From Chrysomallon squamiferum (taxonomy: Eukaryota > Animalia > Mollusca): a DNA stretch of 64,000 nt. Made by a program: the position numbers and the translations under genes. Each line of letters begins with the position of its first letter. Position 1 is the stretch's first letter. The notes beneath the pieces were generated by a model, which saw nothing but the letters and a program-made list of their open reading frames with translations, was not told where the DNA came from and searched no databases. Shown here piece by piece: positions 28,201 through 39,700 of this stretch. The stretch is taken from the NCBI GenBank assembly GCA_012295275.1, contig CM022670.1, positions 23,622,001-23,686,000 on the forward strand, read 5' to 3'.

Positions 28201-28574
28201 ATTATTGCACAAATACACATTTTTTTTCAACAGTTCGAAATAAAAATACTTGAGTAACGCAATAATTTGAAAATACAGGCAGTATCAGCTGTTTGTTGTT
28301 ATATAATTTTAAAAAATCCCTCTGAGTTGAAAATATGCTAATGCAGCAAAATAATGCCCATGAAACCGTATATCAAATATAAATCTTTAAACTCGGAGAC
28401 AACATGTTTGCAGATCTAATCACAGCCCAAACACCAACAAAAATATTAATGTACATTTATTTCAATAGTGAACAATATATTCAAAGAATAATAATTTGTG
28501 AAAATATAGAATCAAAATGTCAGCAGAAACTTTTATTAAAGAAAAAAGATAATAAAATAATCAAGTATATAATA

Positions 28575-29025
28575 CAGACTGACCATCACTGATCCAGCAA
28601 TCACTAATCAGATTCCATCAGGAACATATTTTGGCTAATGTCATTTCACATTTCCTGGACAAACTTTTTGTTTAACAGTGCTTCTTCCTAAATGAAAACT
28701 ACACCTATGACTTGCAAACATAAGCAAGCCTTTCCAGTTTTTATTTCTCCATTTATTTTTATTATCTGCTAAAATTTTTTTTATCCTAACAATGGTTTCA
28801 ATGAATAAAGTGTAAAGTGCAAACACCTGTACACTGTCCATGCAAGATAAGCTTGAACTTGTAAAAATGAATAACAAAAAAACTTTGTTTTTTATTTAAA
28901 AAGCAGGATGAGGTAGTGTATTGCTGAATTAAGTGTTTTCAAACCAAACCACTCGGATATCCAGCAAAATCACTAATCAGGCTCCCTGTGTGCACTGTGA
29001 TGCTATATTAGTGATGGTCAACCTG
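28575..29025. mobile_element. Putative Tc1/mariner-type MITE
   Basis: Imperfect TIRs CAGACTGACCATCACTGAT and CAGGTTGACCATCACTAAT (16/19); TA on both sides; internal direct repeat TCCAGCAA(AA)TCACTAATCAG at about 28593 and 28960. Confidence 0.6.
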
Positions 29026-29404
29026 TACAGGGGAATATATGCACTTTTAAAATATATGGTGAATTGGTGAGTGGTGCAGTGAGAGTGTTTGTGCTCAAGT
29101 TTTCATTAAAGAAAACAAATTAATGCAAGAATCAAGTATATAAAACAGGGTAATGTACAGACTAATATTAGATCAATCAATCGCCCTTAATATAAATTAT
29201 TTAAAATTTTATTGACAAACTAGACAAATCATTTAAACAACTGAAATCGAAGACACAATAAATCTTGCAAATAAAGGAAATGTTTTGTAAGTATATGAAA
29301 CAATAATTAAAAAAAAAAAAAAAAAGATTTTTTTCATTTTTATTTTGGTCAAGAACATCATGTCACTTAAAACCGTTGTTTTTAAATGAAATTTTACTTT
29401 ACAG

Positions 29405-29656
29405 TTAGACATCATCTTTTGTCTCATCTACATTTGATCTGTTATTTGTCTTTGTGACCAAGTCACCAACAGACATGACAAGCTCCGAAACAATCTGAGC
29501 ACAGGTATTCTCAGAATTAAAAAACTTTACATCAGGTCCACCAGCTGTTGCACCCTGTGGTTTCATGTCATGCTTCTGCCCACTAGTTGTACCATCAGGT
29601 GTAGTACCATCACTGCTTTCAGTCCTGCCTGTAGATTCAGGAGACTTTTCACAACA
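29405..29656 (-). CDS. Multi-Tudor protein last exon (CCEKSPES...DETKDDV*)
   Basis: ttacag acceptor, phase 0, 84 codons to TAA at 29405-29407; AATAAA on the minus strand at about 29339 and 29208. Confidence 0.75.
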   Translation of the reverse strand, partial: CCEKSPESTGRTESSDGTTPDGTTSGQKHDMKPQGATAGGPDVKFFNSENTCAQIVSELVMSVGDLVTKTNNRSNVDETKDDV

Positions 29657-30074
29657 CTGTAATATTAAAACAACAAAAAAAAATCTTTACAAAAGTGAAA
29701 AAGACGTTAGCTGTTATTAACATAGTTAAAATATTTTACCTCTTTTTAATGCTATTACTAACAAATCAAAAGTATTAGAAAACCTTGGTAGTGTGATTTT
29801 AAAAAGCAGAACTAAATTTGTCAAAGGAATAGTGTACTAATTTAGTAAACTGATTATGTGGTAAATCCAGATATTCTATTGTGTAATAACTCCATTGTAA
29901 AAATAATTAATTTTGATGTTTATCAGCTGGAAATTAAACATAATGGAATCATATTTATAATAAAAATAATAACAGTAAAAAAAAAAAGCAACCTTGTATA
30001 CATCAATCTTTTATTTTACTGATATATTAATTTATATTGATTCTTAAAGCTAAATTCATATTAAACCAACTAAC

Positions 30075-30799
30075 CTCCTTTTCAGTTTCTGTACGAAACT
30101 GTTCAGTATTCTGTTCATCTTTAGTTTCCAGTTCAACAATTTCTTCAGTGTTTTTACTTTGAGGAATTTCCTCTTCACTTTTCTGATCAACTGTTTCTAA
30201 TCTATTTTGCTGAACATCAGTTCCTACATCTCCATCCATTTCACTGTTTCCTGTGTTTCCACAGCTTTCATCTCCTGATTCTGTTAAGGCTCTATCTTGC
30301 TCTTTCTCAGTTTTCTTTTTATTGTGTATTTTATCAGCTTTTGCCAATAAATCATTATTTTCATCAGCAGCAGTCTCCTTTTTATCTTGTGCAAGTTCTT
30401 CAAGCTTACTTTCTTCTTGCAGTTTATTTTCTTCACTTTCTTCCTCAAGCTGTCTGTTTTCTTCACTTTCTTCCTGAAGCTGTTTGTTTTCTTCACTTTC
30501 ATCCTGAAGCTGTTTGTTTTCTTCACTTTCATCCTGAAGCTGTTTGTTTTCTTCACTTTCTTCCTGAAGCTGTTTGTTTTCTTCACTTTCATCCTGAAGC
30601 TGTTTGTTTTCTTCACTTTCTTCCTGAAGCTGTTTGTTTTCTTCACTTTCTTCCTGAAGCTGTTTGTTTTCTTCACTTTTATTCTGAAGCTGTTTGTTTT
30701 CTTCCCAAGCATACTTACCTTTATCCTCCTGTTCATTCTGAATACTAACATTATTCGTATTTTCCATTTTTGGGGTGCTGGGCAAGGGTGTTAGAAAAT
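30075..30799 (-). CDS. Multi-Tudor protein exon, Glu-rich tail with EESEENKQLQ repeats
   Basis: Within ORF 30027-30878; phase-1 acceptors at 30799 (or 30829); GAG|GTTAGT donor. Confidence 0.8.
30412..30705 (-). repeat. Coding 30-bp minisatellite, about 10 copies (EESEENKQLQ)
   Basis: Directly visible unit TGTTTGTTTTCTTCACTTTCWTCCTGAAGC. Confidence 0.97.
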
Positions 30800-31042
30800 C
30801 TGGAAACTTCAAAATTGATGTGTTACCTCCTACAATTGAATTACAAAAATTAAACACAATGACATTAGCACAAAACACTTAAATTTACAATCATAATATT
30901 TCTACAAGAGCAAGGAAGAATCAGATTTGTACTAATTTTAAGAATTGAAATTGAATTTCTTTATCTCTTCTGTTATTTATAACAGTTATCAACTTTATAA
31001 AGTGCTTGTCATTGACTTTGTTCATGAAGACATTTGTTTTAC

Positions 31043-31147
31043 CCAAGTTAAGTGTGTCATTCTCTGAATCATTCAAAAGAATAGATGAGAAGGAGTGACC
31101 AGTTGTGTTAAATGAATGGCAGATCTCATCTGTAGTTGCATTCTCAT
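31043..31147 (-). CDS. Multi-Tudor protein exon, acidic tail
   Basis: ttttcag acceptor and GTAAAA donor; 105 nt, phase 1/1; open frame. Confidence 0.7.
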
Positions 31148-31947
31148 CTGAAAACAACAGGAAAACAACACAATTAATTTTAAGTATTAGGTGATAACGA
31201 ATTTTACAACTTGGAACATCTATGTTGTTAACTTCATTAACCACAATGAGCTAAATGGGACTTCTGTGTTGCATTCTCAGATATCTCCTACAGACCAAGT
31301 CCTACACAGTGCTGAATCAAGTAACTGGACCATTTTCCAAGACTGTTTTACCATTTATTTGTTTTTCATTCTGTGGGAAGATGCCTATAAAATCCCTCCT
31401 CTTAGGGTTTTAGTTATAAAATTATTCAGTAAATTTAATAATGTAAGTGACTGGATGAGTTTTGAAACACTGCAGTAACAATCTTTTAAAATTAAGTTTC
31501 ACCTTTAGCATAAATGTAATTTTAAATATATTTATAATTTGAGAAAGCTTACAATTCAAAACAACCAATAAATACGTTGACTACCAAATGTTTAGTCAGG
31601 ATATGTATTATATCTCAGTTTCTAAATGTTTATTTATTATCTGGTACTGTATTACAAACCTGTTTCATCCACATCACCACCATAACTGTTATTTCTGTTG
31701 TATGAAACCTCATGAAAGGATTGTTCTAAAAGAGACCAAATCAAAATTTCCACAAAACACTTTTTTTTTTAATAAACATTCTATGCTAACTCTTTAATAA
31801 ATATATATTATTGTAACAATTTTATTCTTCTCATATCTATCAAGATAAATTAAATCCTGAATCATGCAAAATATGTGTATATTTCTATCAAATATTTTTG
31901 TTCAACTGGAATAAATTACAACTAGTATTATACCTATTATAATAATA

Positions 31948-32430
31948 AATTGTAACCAGCATGACAATGATAAAGAATAAATCATTAAAAGTAACTAACA
32001 TGACAGCTGAAGAATAAAATGCAACCAGTATGACATAAAAAATAAAATGTAACTAGCTTGACATTGATAAAAATGTAACTAGTGGGACACAGATAAACAA
32101 TAAATGTAACTAGTTTGATAGCTGAAGAATAAAGAGCAACCAGTATGACATAGACAAAGAATAAAATGCAACTAGCATGACATCGATAAAAATAAAAAGT
32201 AACCAATGGGACATAGATAAAAATGTAACTAGTGGGATAGTTGAAGAATAAAGTGTAACTAGTGTGACATAAAGAATAAAGTGTAACTAATGTGACATAG
32301 ATAAAGAATAAAATATAACAGTAGGACAGATAAAGAATGAAGTGTAATTAGTATGAGTCAAAGAATACAGTGTAATTATTGTGACAGTTGAAGAAAATAA
32401 TGTAACTAATGTGACAGAGTTAAAGAATAA
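31948..32430. repeat. Degenerate ~30-bp intronic minisatellite
   Basis: Recurrent AAATGTAACTAGTRTGACATAGATAAAGAATA-like units. Confidence 0.85.
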
Positions 32431-32454
32431 CGTTGATCTTTTATAGAAACATAC

Positions 32455-32673
32455 CAAACTCATCAAGTAAATCTGAATTACTCTCTGTCTTTTCCAGCTG
32501 TATTTCTATATCTATTGCTGAACCAGGCAGTGGCTGAGCAAACTCAAGATCAATGAGTTGTCGATTGATGCTGTGACTACCAGTTTCTTGAATATCAGAA
32601 ATCCTTACATTGTATGTTCGATCATCAGATATGGATGCAACAACTGCTCCAAGTTTACGATTACGAACAAAAT
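32455..32673 (-). CDS. Multi-Tudor protein exon (FVRNRKLGAVV...SINRQLIDLEFA...)
   Basis: aag acceptor and GTATGT donor; 219 nt, phase 1/1; SN-like C-terminal helix of domain 13. Confidence 0.85.
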
Positions 32674-33015
32674 CTTTAAAAAATTAAATAAAACAAAAAT
32701 TAGAAAATTTATTAAAACGTAATTAAAATCTGATACACATGGTATAACCATGATTTACCAGTATCACAAGCAGCAGCAAGTTTAATTAGCAACAAATCTT
32801 AATAAAAGTTAAATTTTAGATTTTTTACCATTATATTAAAAGGTAATAATATGTATTCCAACAAAATATAGTTGAAGTTTACCTTCCAAAAATATTTTAA
32901 AATTTAGTATTTTAAAACATTTGTCATTTACTAAAATAAATATTTCATGTTATTTACACAAAGGCCAAGAGACGTAACATCTAATTATTAATACAATTTC
33001 TGAAATCATAAATAC

Positions 33016-33184
33016 CTTGGAAGAACTGGACTGCATCTTCAGACCATCCAGTATTTTCCACTGGAATAATGTGTGCAAGTTTACAGTAAACAACCTGAAG
33101 TGGGATCACCAACAAACTGTTTGGTATTTTATGTATGTTACTGTTGTCCACTATCTTATTTTTTCCCCAATCAACTAACAGTAC
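33016..33184 (-). CDS. Multi-Tudor protein exon (domain 13: VLLVDWGK...PLQVVYCKL...GWSEDAVQFF)
   Basis: ttttag acceptor and GTATTT donor; 169 nt; continues the Tudor/SN consensus. Confidence 0.9.
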
Positions 33185-33487
33185 CTAAAAACAAAAACAT
33201 ATATAGTTATTTTTTAAAATATTTATGGAATCAAAATTAATTAAACCAAAGAGCAATTTTAAAAATAAATTTGTATTTCTTAAAAACAATTTAAAATGAA
33301 AAGAAAGTAATCATTAAGCACAAACTTAACATTTATAGTCAGACAGATAGACAGATAGATAGACAGATAGATAGACAGATATGTAGGCAGACAGATAGTT
33401 AAATACAATTATTTCCATAACCATTATACAATTCAAATTTCTGTCACCTTTTAATTCTAGTTTTTATCTAGAATTTATCCAGCTTAC

Positions 33488-34478
33488 CTCTGATAAGGAA
33501 TCGTGTTTTTCTGAAATTTTCTTTCCTCTGTACCATTTATTTTGGATTCTCACTAAACAAGGTTTACCCACTTCTTCCATTACTTCTAATTCTTTATCTT
33601 CACGGTCAAAACATGACAGCAAATCATCAAGTTTTGTCAGCTGACTGAACTGTTCTAGTAAGCGAACAGCAAAATGATCAGGAGTGCCTCTTTCAATGAC
33701 CTCAATATTATATTCTCTTTCCAGTTGTAGTCGAAGGACTGGGTACTGATCCTCAGAAAAGTCCAATATGGTAGTAGATTCTAGCAAGGGATGGCCAAAA
33801 ATAGTATCCTCATTTATCGATTCAATACCTAATGATGTGGAATCCTCAACGGATAAACCAAATGAACTTTCGTCATCATGCTGATAGCTGTGTGTATTTG
33901 TTTTGATCAACACATCAGCCAAAGCAAGTTGCTCTTCAATCAGTTTCTGTCCAACAGAGAGACCTGTGTAATCCATTAGTTCCACAGCAACAATACTGTC
34001 TTTTGATGCTAACACTTTTACAACATATTCTTTTGAACATGTCAACTCTTTAAACCTTTCTATGGCAGGTACTGACCAAGAATCACCCACAGGCTTACAA
34101 TTAGCCAGACAACACTGAAAAACACTAACTACAGGAGCAGCAAGTTTTGAGGTCATTGCCCACAACTGATCAAATGAAACTGTTTCTTTTTGTCCGTGAT
34201 CCACATACATAACTGAGACTTTGTTTCCATTAACACTGATAACCTGGGCTCTTCTGAAATAATCATCATCTTTCATCTGGATTATGACAGCCATTCCTGG
34301 CTTAACATCACTGTGATCTACTCTGACTAAGGCTTCTGCACATTTCTTGATATCCTCCTCATATTCATTCTGTTCCTCAGATGATGAAGACAACTGGCAG
34401 AAGAACTGACTTGGATCAGTGACTTGTTTCATCAGTACTTTGTACATACTTCCCCTCTTCAAATCACTCTGAATAAAT
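33488..34478 (-). CDS. Multi-Tudor protein exon (domain 12 and start of 13)
   Basis: Polypyrimidine tract plus tag acceptor; GAG|GTAAGC donor; 991 nt; YFRRAQV..YVDHG and KWYRG motifs. Confidence 0.9.
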
Positions 34479-34741
34479 CTAGCAAGAGAAGAAGTGAAGA
34501 TCTGATTTAAATTTAGTTATATAAAAATCAATAAAATGCTATTATTTCACGACTCTTATTTGTGCTTAAACACACCTTAATAATGTTTAAAATTAGTTTT
34601 AATTAAATATCTGTATCTTATGTCAGACCTTTTTAAAAACAAAAATAATAATAAAGTTAAAAATAAAATAAAGTTCTCTGCATAATTCATTATTCCATGT
34701 GAGCTGAAACATATTTATTTTGTTTTAGAATTTCTTTTCAC

Positions 34742-35014
34742 CTTAATTTTACTTCTCTTGTTTCACTTATATATTCTTCAGATGTATCCAGTAAATCTGA
34801 CACTGATTCATCTTTGTTATCAAAAACCAGTTTAACTGGTGTGTCATTTGTGTCTGGAAACACCCGTTTGATTCTCTTGTTGATTATAGGAGTAGAAGCA
34901 ACAATTCCATGTCCTTTTTCTGTCAATGTCTGGGTGATAGCAGTTCCCATATGAATCAAATTGACAATACAGATTCCACTTTCATCAAATCCAAGAACAT
35001 CCATCAACATACTT
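34742..35014 (-). CDS. Multi-Tudor protein exon (end of domain 11 and linker)
   Basis: ttgcag acceptor and AG|GTGAAA donor; 273 nt, phase 2/2; overlaps ORF 34738-35010. Confidence 0.85.
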
Positions 35015-35287
35015 CTGCAATAAAAATATTTTTACTAATAAATTAATGGTAAAAGATTTTACTATTACTTTTATTTCAAATAAAAAGACAAGAATAACTA
35101 GTGGTGTTTGCAAGCCATTTAAGAAATCATATCCTAACGAAATATAGCAGTTCTTATGAATATATTCTTAAATGTGACTATCCATATATGTATTATTAGT
35201 TTATTCAGTGTCTTAAAACAAAAACAAAAAAAAAAAATATTAAATTTGAACTAGCTTCTGTTAATGTAATAAATGTTATGTCCTTAC

Positions 35288-36387
35288 TTGTATGCAATCA
35301 GTTCATGAAAGAATAGTATTGTATCTTCACTCCATGTTTCATCATTTGACTTGATGCCTGCCAGACAACATTCAACTGCCTGCTGAGGAAGATCCTGGAA
35401 CTGTTCTGGAAGAATTCTCAGTGAAGAACAGTCAACATTACTAGTGTTGCCTTGATCAATAAAACACACTGTGCACATTTTCTGATCTTTCTTTATTATC
35501 TTTGCACGGTACCATGATTCATCTTCTTCACTGAAAACTGCACAAAAATGTCCAACAGTTGCACCTTTCAGAACTGTCTGATGAACACTTTCCTCATCAG
35601 TGAAATAATTAAACATTTCATTCAGTAATTTTTCCAAATGATGCTTATATTTTTCAAGTTGGACACAGAATTTACTTGGAGACTGTACATTTGAAATAAA
35701 GACTGATAACCTCTGACCTTTTCTGAGATTTGTAATGGGCATGATGGTAGCTTTGGTCAGATTCAAATTTTCAGTCAATGCAACAATATCTGCATTTGCT
35801 TTTGAAATACTAGTACATAAACCACTTTCAATCAATACTGCAGCTATATTCTTGTCACCATCCATCAAATCCACCAATACGACATCAATTTCATCTTCAA
35901 TTATTTTACCTTTACCCAAAACAGAGACAACCTTTTCAGTGGTCATTTCCAAAAGTGCATCAGATGCTTCATCCAGTTTTGCCTCTGATACTTCAACACC
36001 TCTCAACTTACATCTCACAGCCTGAGCTTGCAGGGTAACCATATTCTTTCATAAGCTGATGGACATTATCTTTGCTGATGATGTCTGCATTACCATAATC
36101 AACAAAGTAAACACCACAACTTGTTTTGTCCACTGATGTTATAATGCCTCTGTACCACTGCTCATCTTCAGTATACTTGGCAACACATGCACAGCCCAAT
36201 TTCATCCAGGCTGTGTTAATATTGGGTGCCAGTGTGGAATAATGTTCATTTATAACTGAAGAGAGGCTGGCCAAATCATTTTCAGAAACCACTGGCTGGA
36301 CATAAAATGTGTGGATGGATTCTACATGACTTATGTGAACATCAATCTTCATGCCAAGTTCAAAGTCAATAACAGGATATGGGATGT
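35288..36387 (-). CDS. Multi-Tudor protein exon, domains 10-11, containing an apparent 1-nt frameshift at about 36040
   Basis: tttccag acceptor and GTAAGG donor; 1100 nt where the phases need 1099; Tudor sequence switches frame between ORFs 36008-36352 and 35284-36042. Confidence 0.9.
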
Positions 36388-36711
36388 CTGGAAAGATATT
36401 TTAAAAAATAATAATAATTAAGACTTACAGACAGATTGGAGGTTATATGAAGATCATTATTTTATAATATCAAATTTTGAATATCTTAATCATTAAGATT
36501 TTACATTAAAAAATATAACAAAATATTAAATTGTTTTTCAAAATTCTACAGAAAACTGTATATGCATTTTTGATACAGTAAAAATTAATGTTCTCTTTTT
36601 TTAATATAATTACTATTTTAATAACTGATTGTTACAATGGTTATTTGTTTCAGAAATAGTGACTTTGAATCTATAATAAGTCTCACAAAATAAAAAATAA
36701 AAATGTTTTAC

Positions 36712-39700
36712 CTTTCTTTTCTGCAGAAATTGTTACTGGCAGCTTTCCAGCTACATTGCTACCATCATCAAGATAAAGCTCAACAGTAAAGACATCCGCT
36801 ACTGTGATCACCTTAACAGTCAATGGTTGATCCTTAATAATCTTGTCAAAAGCATCAACAGATTCTTTTGTCCAAGGCTGGTAGTTGTGAAGAATACAGT
36901 GGTATGCTAATGCTGGAACTTGAATATGCTTTTCAGAAAGGCTGGCTATTCTGGTTTGTGGTAAGACATCAGTGTTTCCATAATCAACAAATCTGACAGT
37001 TATTTCTTTATCCACAGATAAAACAACAGCTCGGTACCAGGCATCATCTTCTGTGTATCTGGCACAACACATTGATCCTACTGCTACCTGGTTTAGGTTC
37101 TGTCCTCCTTTTGCATAATCCTTCTGTAGCTGTTCAGTTAAGGTATTTAATTTATCTTCCTCATCAGAGAGCTGTATGTAAACTGACCCATCAGTGTCTA
37201 CAAAAGATGCATAGCCAGTGACTCTATCTGAAAGTTTCTGAGGTGGTAATTTGGTTTCTGAAGTTTTAGAAGATATCTTACTGGATAATCTGTCTGAATC
37301 TAGTTCACCAAGTAATTCCAAAGCAATGTTTCTTGTCAGTTCTACTTTGTATGGTGAAGTTTTAGAAATAAACTGGACATTCATCGTCTTGTTTTTCGTC
37401 ATTTCAACAAACTTATTCATCTGTTCTGCATTCCAACCATAAAAGTTGTTAAGAATGCATTCATATGAAAGTGGTGGAAATGTCAAAAATCTCCTGTGTA
37501 ATGAAAAGATACAATTTTTGTTCACAACACAGTTCTTTCCCAAGTCAACGAGATGAACTTCTATTTCATCTAATTTAATAGATTTAACCTGTGCTCTCTG
37601 CAAAGAATCCTCCTCCAACTTGACACAACAAGCATTGCCTATCTCTATCTTTGTGGAATCCATAGCTTCTAAAACAGCAAAGTCTATTACCAGTTCAGTT
37701 TTTACTTGATTTATCAGTTCCATATCTTTCAACAGAAGTACAGAGAAAATTCCATCCTTTGATACATTGACCACTTTACCTTGGACCAATTCCGAAGGGA
37801 TTTTCTGAGTAGGAAAATCTCTTGGACAAATTATACTAGCAATGTCATTGCTTTCCATATCCTTCAGCTTAACTCTGAAAGGTGCCTCGTGTGAACAGAA
37901 TTCAGCTATTATTTCCTTATCAGCAGTAACCTCTGCCAACATATCTATCAAATCTGGTGTCATTTGATCAATTCCAACTATTTTACAAGGGAGAGCTTTT
38001 CTTTCTTGCCGCAACAGCTCTCTGTTCAATGGTTTCAGTTTGTCAATGCTCACTTTATCTGTGTTGCCAAAATCCACAAATCTGACCATAATCTTATCAC
38101 CTGATATGTCAATCACTTCTGCCCTGTACCATGTTTTGTCCTCTGAGAACAAGGCACCACAAGCAAAACCTACCAAGATCTGAACTGTTCCAAGAGGAAG
38201 TGTTCTTATTTTCTCACTTGTTTCAACAAGACTTTGAATATGTTTGCTTTGCTGAATGTAGATTATATCTTTTTCCACATGAGAAATAAATGCAGTGATC
38301 TGTCCTTTTGGAGCAACTGCAGCTTTAAATTTCTGTTCTTCAACTGGAATGACCTCAACTTCTTTCTTAGTTGGAGAGAACTGTATTTTTTTAGGAGGAC
38401 TAGCAGAAAATGGCTTTTGAGATTTTTCATCAGAAAAAGGTTCTGTCTTTGGTCTCCCAAAGTTTGGCTTTTTCTCAACAAACTCTGATTGTGGTTTTCC
38501 AAAAGGAGACTTTGATCCAAATGGTGAACTTAATGATGACTTAGGTTTAGAATGCTGTTCTTTTGGTGCATCATCAAAAACAAACTGACTTTTCAGATCT
38601 TTTCCATTGCATAACAGTCGGACAGTGTAAGGTTCAGTTGTATCCAAAAATATGGCATTAAGCTCTTTGTTGTCAGTATATTCTGAAAATTTTTCCTGAA
38701 TTCCACTAGGCCAGTAAGTAATGTTTTCAAGTTTACAAGCAAACGCAAAAGGTGGGTCATTACAAAACTGTGGTTCTAGTACTTTCAGGTGTTTCAAAGA
38801 AGATATGTCACAATTTCCAAAATCCACAAACCTGACTGTGGCACAACCACCAGTTATTTGTTCCACAACTGCTCTGTACCATGCATCATCATCTGAAAAC
38901 TGCGCACAACACACTGTACCTTTCTGAACCCAATTCAAAGAAGATCCTGCATTGCTGTAATAGTTCAGTAATTCTGTTGATAAAGTGAGAATGGCTTCTT
39001 CATCTGATGCTTTCTGAACATAGAAGATTCCATTACTATCCACATGACTAACAAATACAACAATTGAACCTGAAGGTATTTTTTGTTTTTTTAACTCACA
39101 CAGTTTTCCAGGTATTATGGAAGAAGCTGTCCCTAAGGCACGTATAGTTGCTGAGACTGAAGCAACAGATTTTGCAAATCCTTTTTCTTTCAGTTTATCA
39201 GCAATGTCAATCCCACCTACAAATAATTTGACAGTGTCAGCTGTTTTGAACGTACACTGTACTTCTTTGTCAATAGTAATTTCTTCCATAAATTCAATAG
39301 CTTCATTTGTCCAGGTATTACCCAAAGGCACAACATCAGCCAGTGCACACTGAATGGCAAGAGGAGGGACTGCAAGATGACAACTTGCAAGTGGCTTAAC
39401 ATTATTTTTACTAACCTTTTCAACATTCCCATAATCAATAAACTTAACTTTAATGTTTTCTTCTGTAACAGAAATAATTTTACCTCTGTACCAAGCACCA
39501 TCTTCTGCATATAAAGCACAGCATGGCTGATCTGGTCTGGGATTTGTCAAGACCGGTTCAGAAGCTGAAACATACTGCTTGCTAAGTTTATCCATAATAT
39601 CATTAAGAAGCTCATCAACTTCTGCATGTACAAAGAAAAGTCCTGGACTTTCCAAAAAGCTGATGTACACCTGTTTTGTAATCCCAACTGGAACTTGTTG

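Noticed and set aside
30253-30794. Overlapping ORFs in other frames and strand over the 30-bp repeat
   Set aside because: Stop-free by-products of the minisatellite; only the Glu-rich minus frame fits the splice phases.
31948-32430. Regularly spaced repeats as a possible CRISPR array
   Set aside because: Degenerate tandem units without unique spacers, no cas genes, eukaryotic intron.
36026-36039. 13-nt GT..AG that would repair the Tudor frameshift
   Set aside because: Far below the minimal spliceosomal intron size in animals, and it would delete conserved residues.
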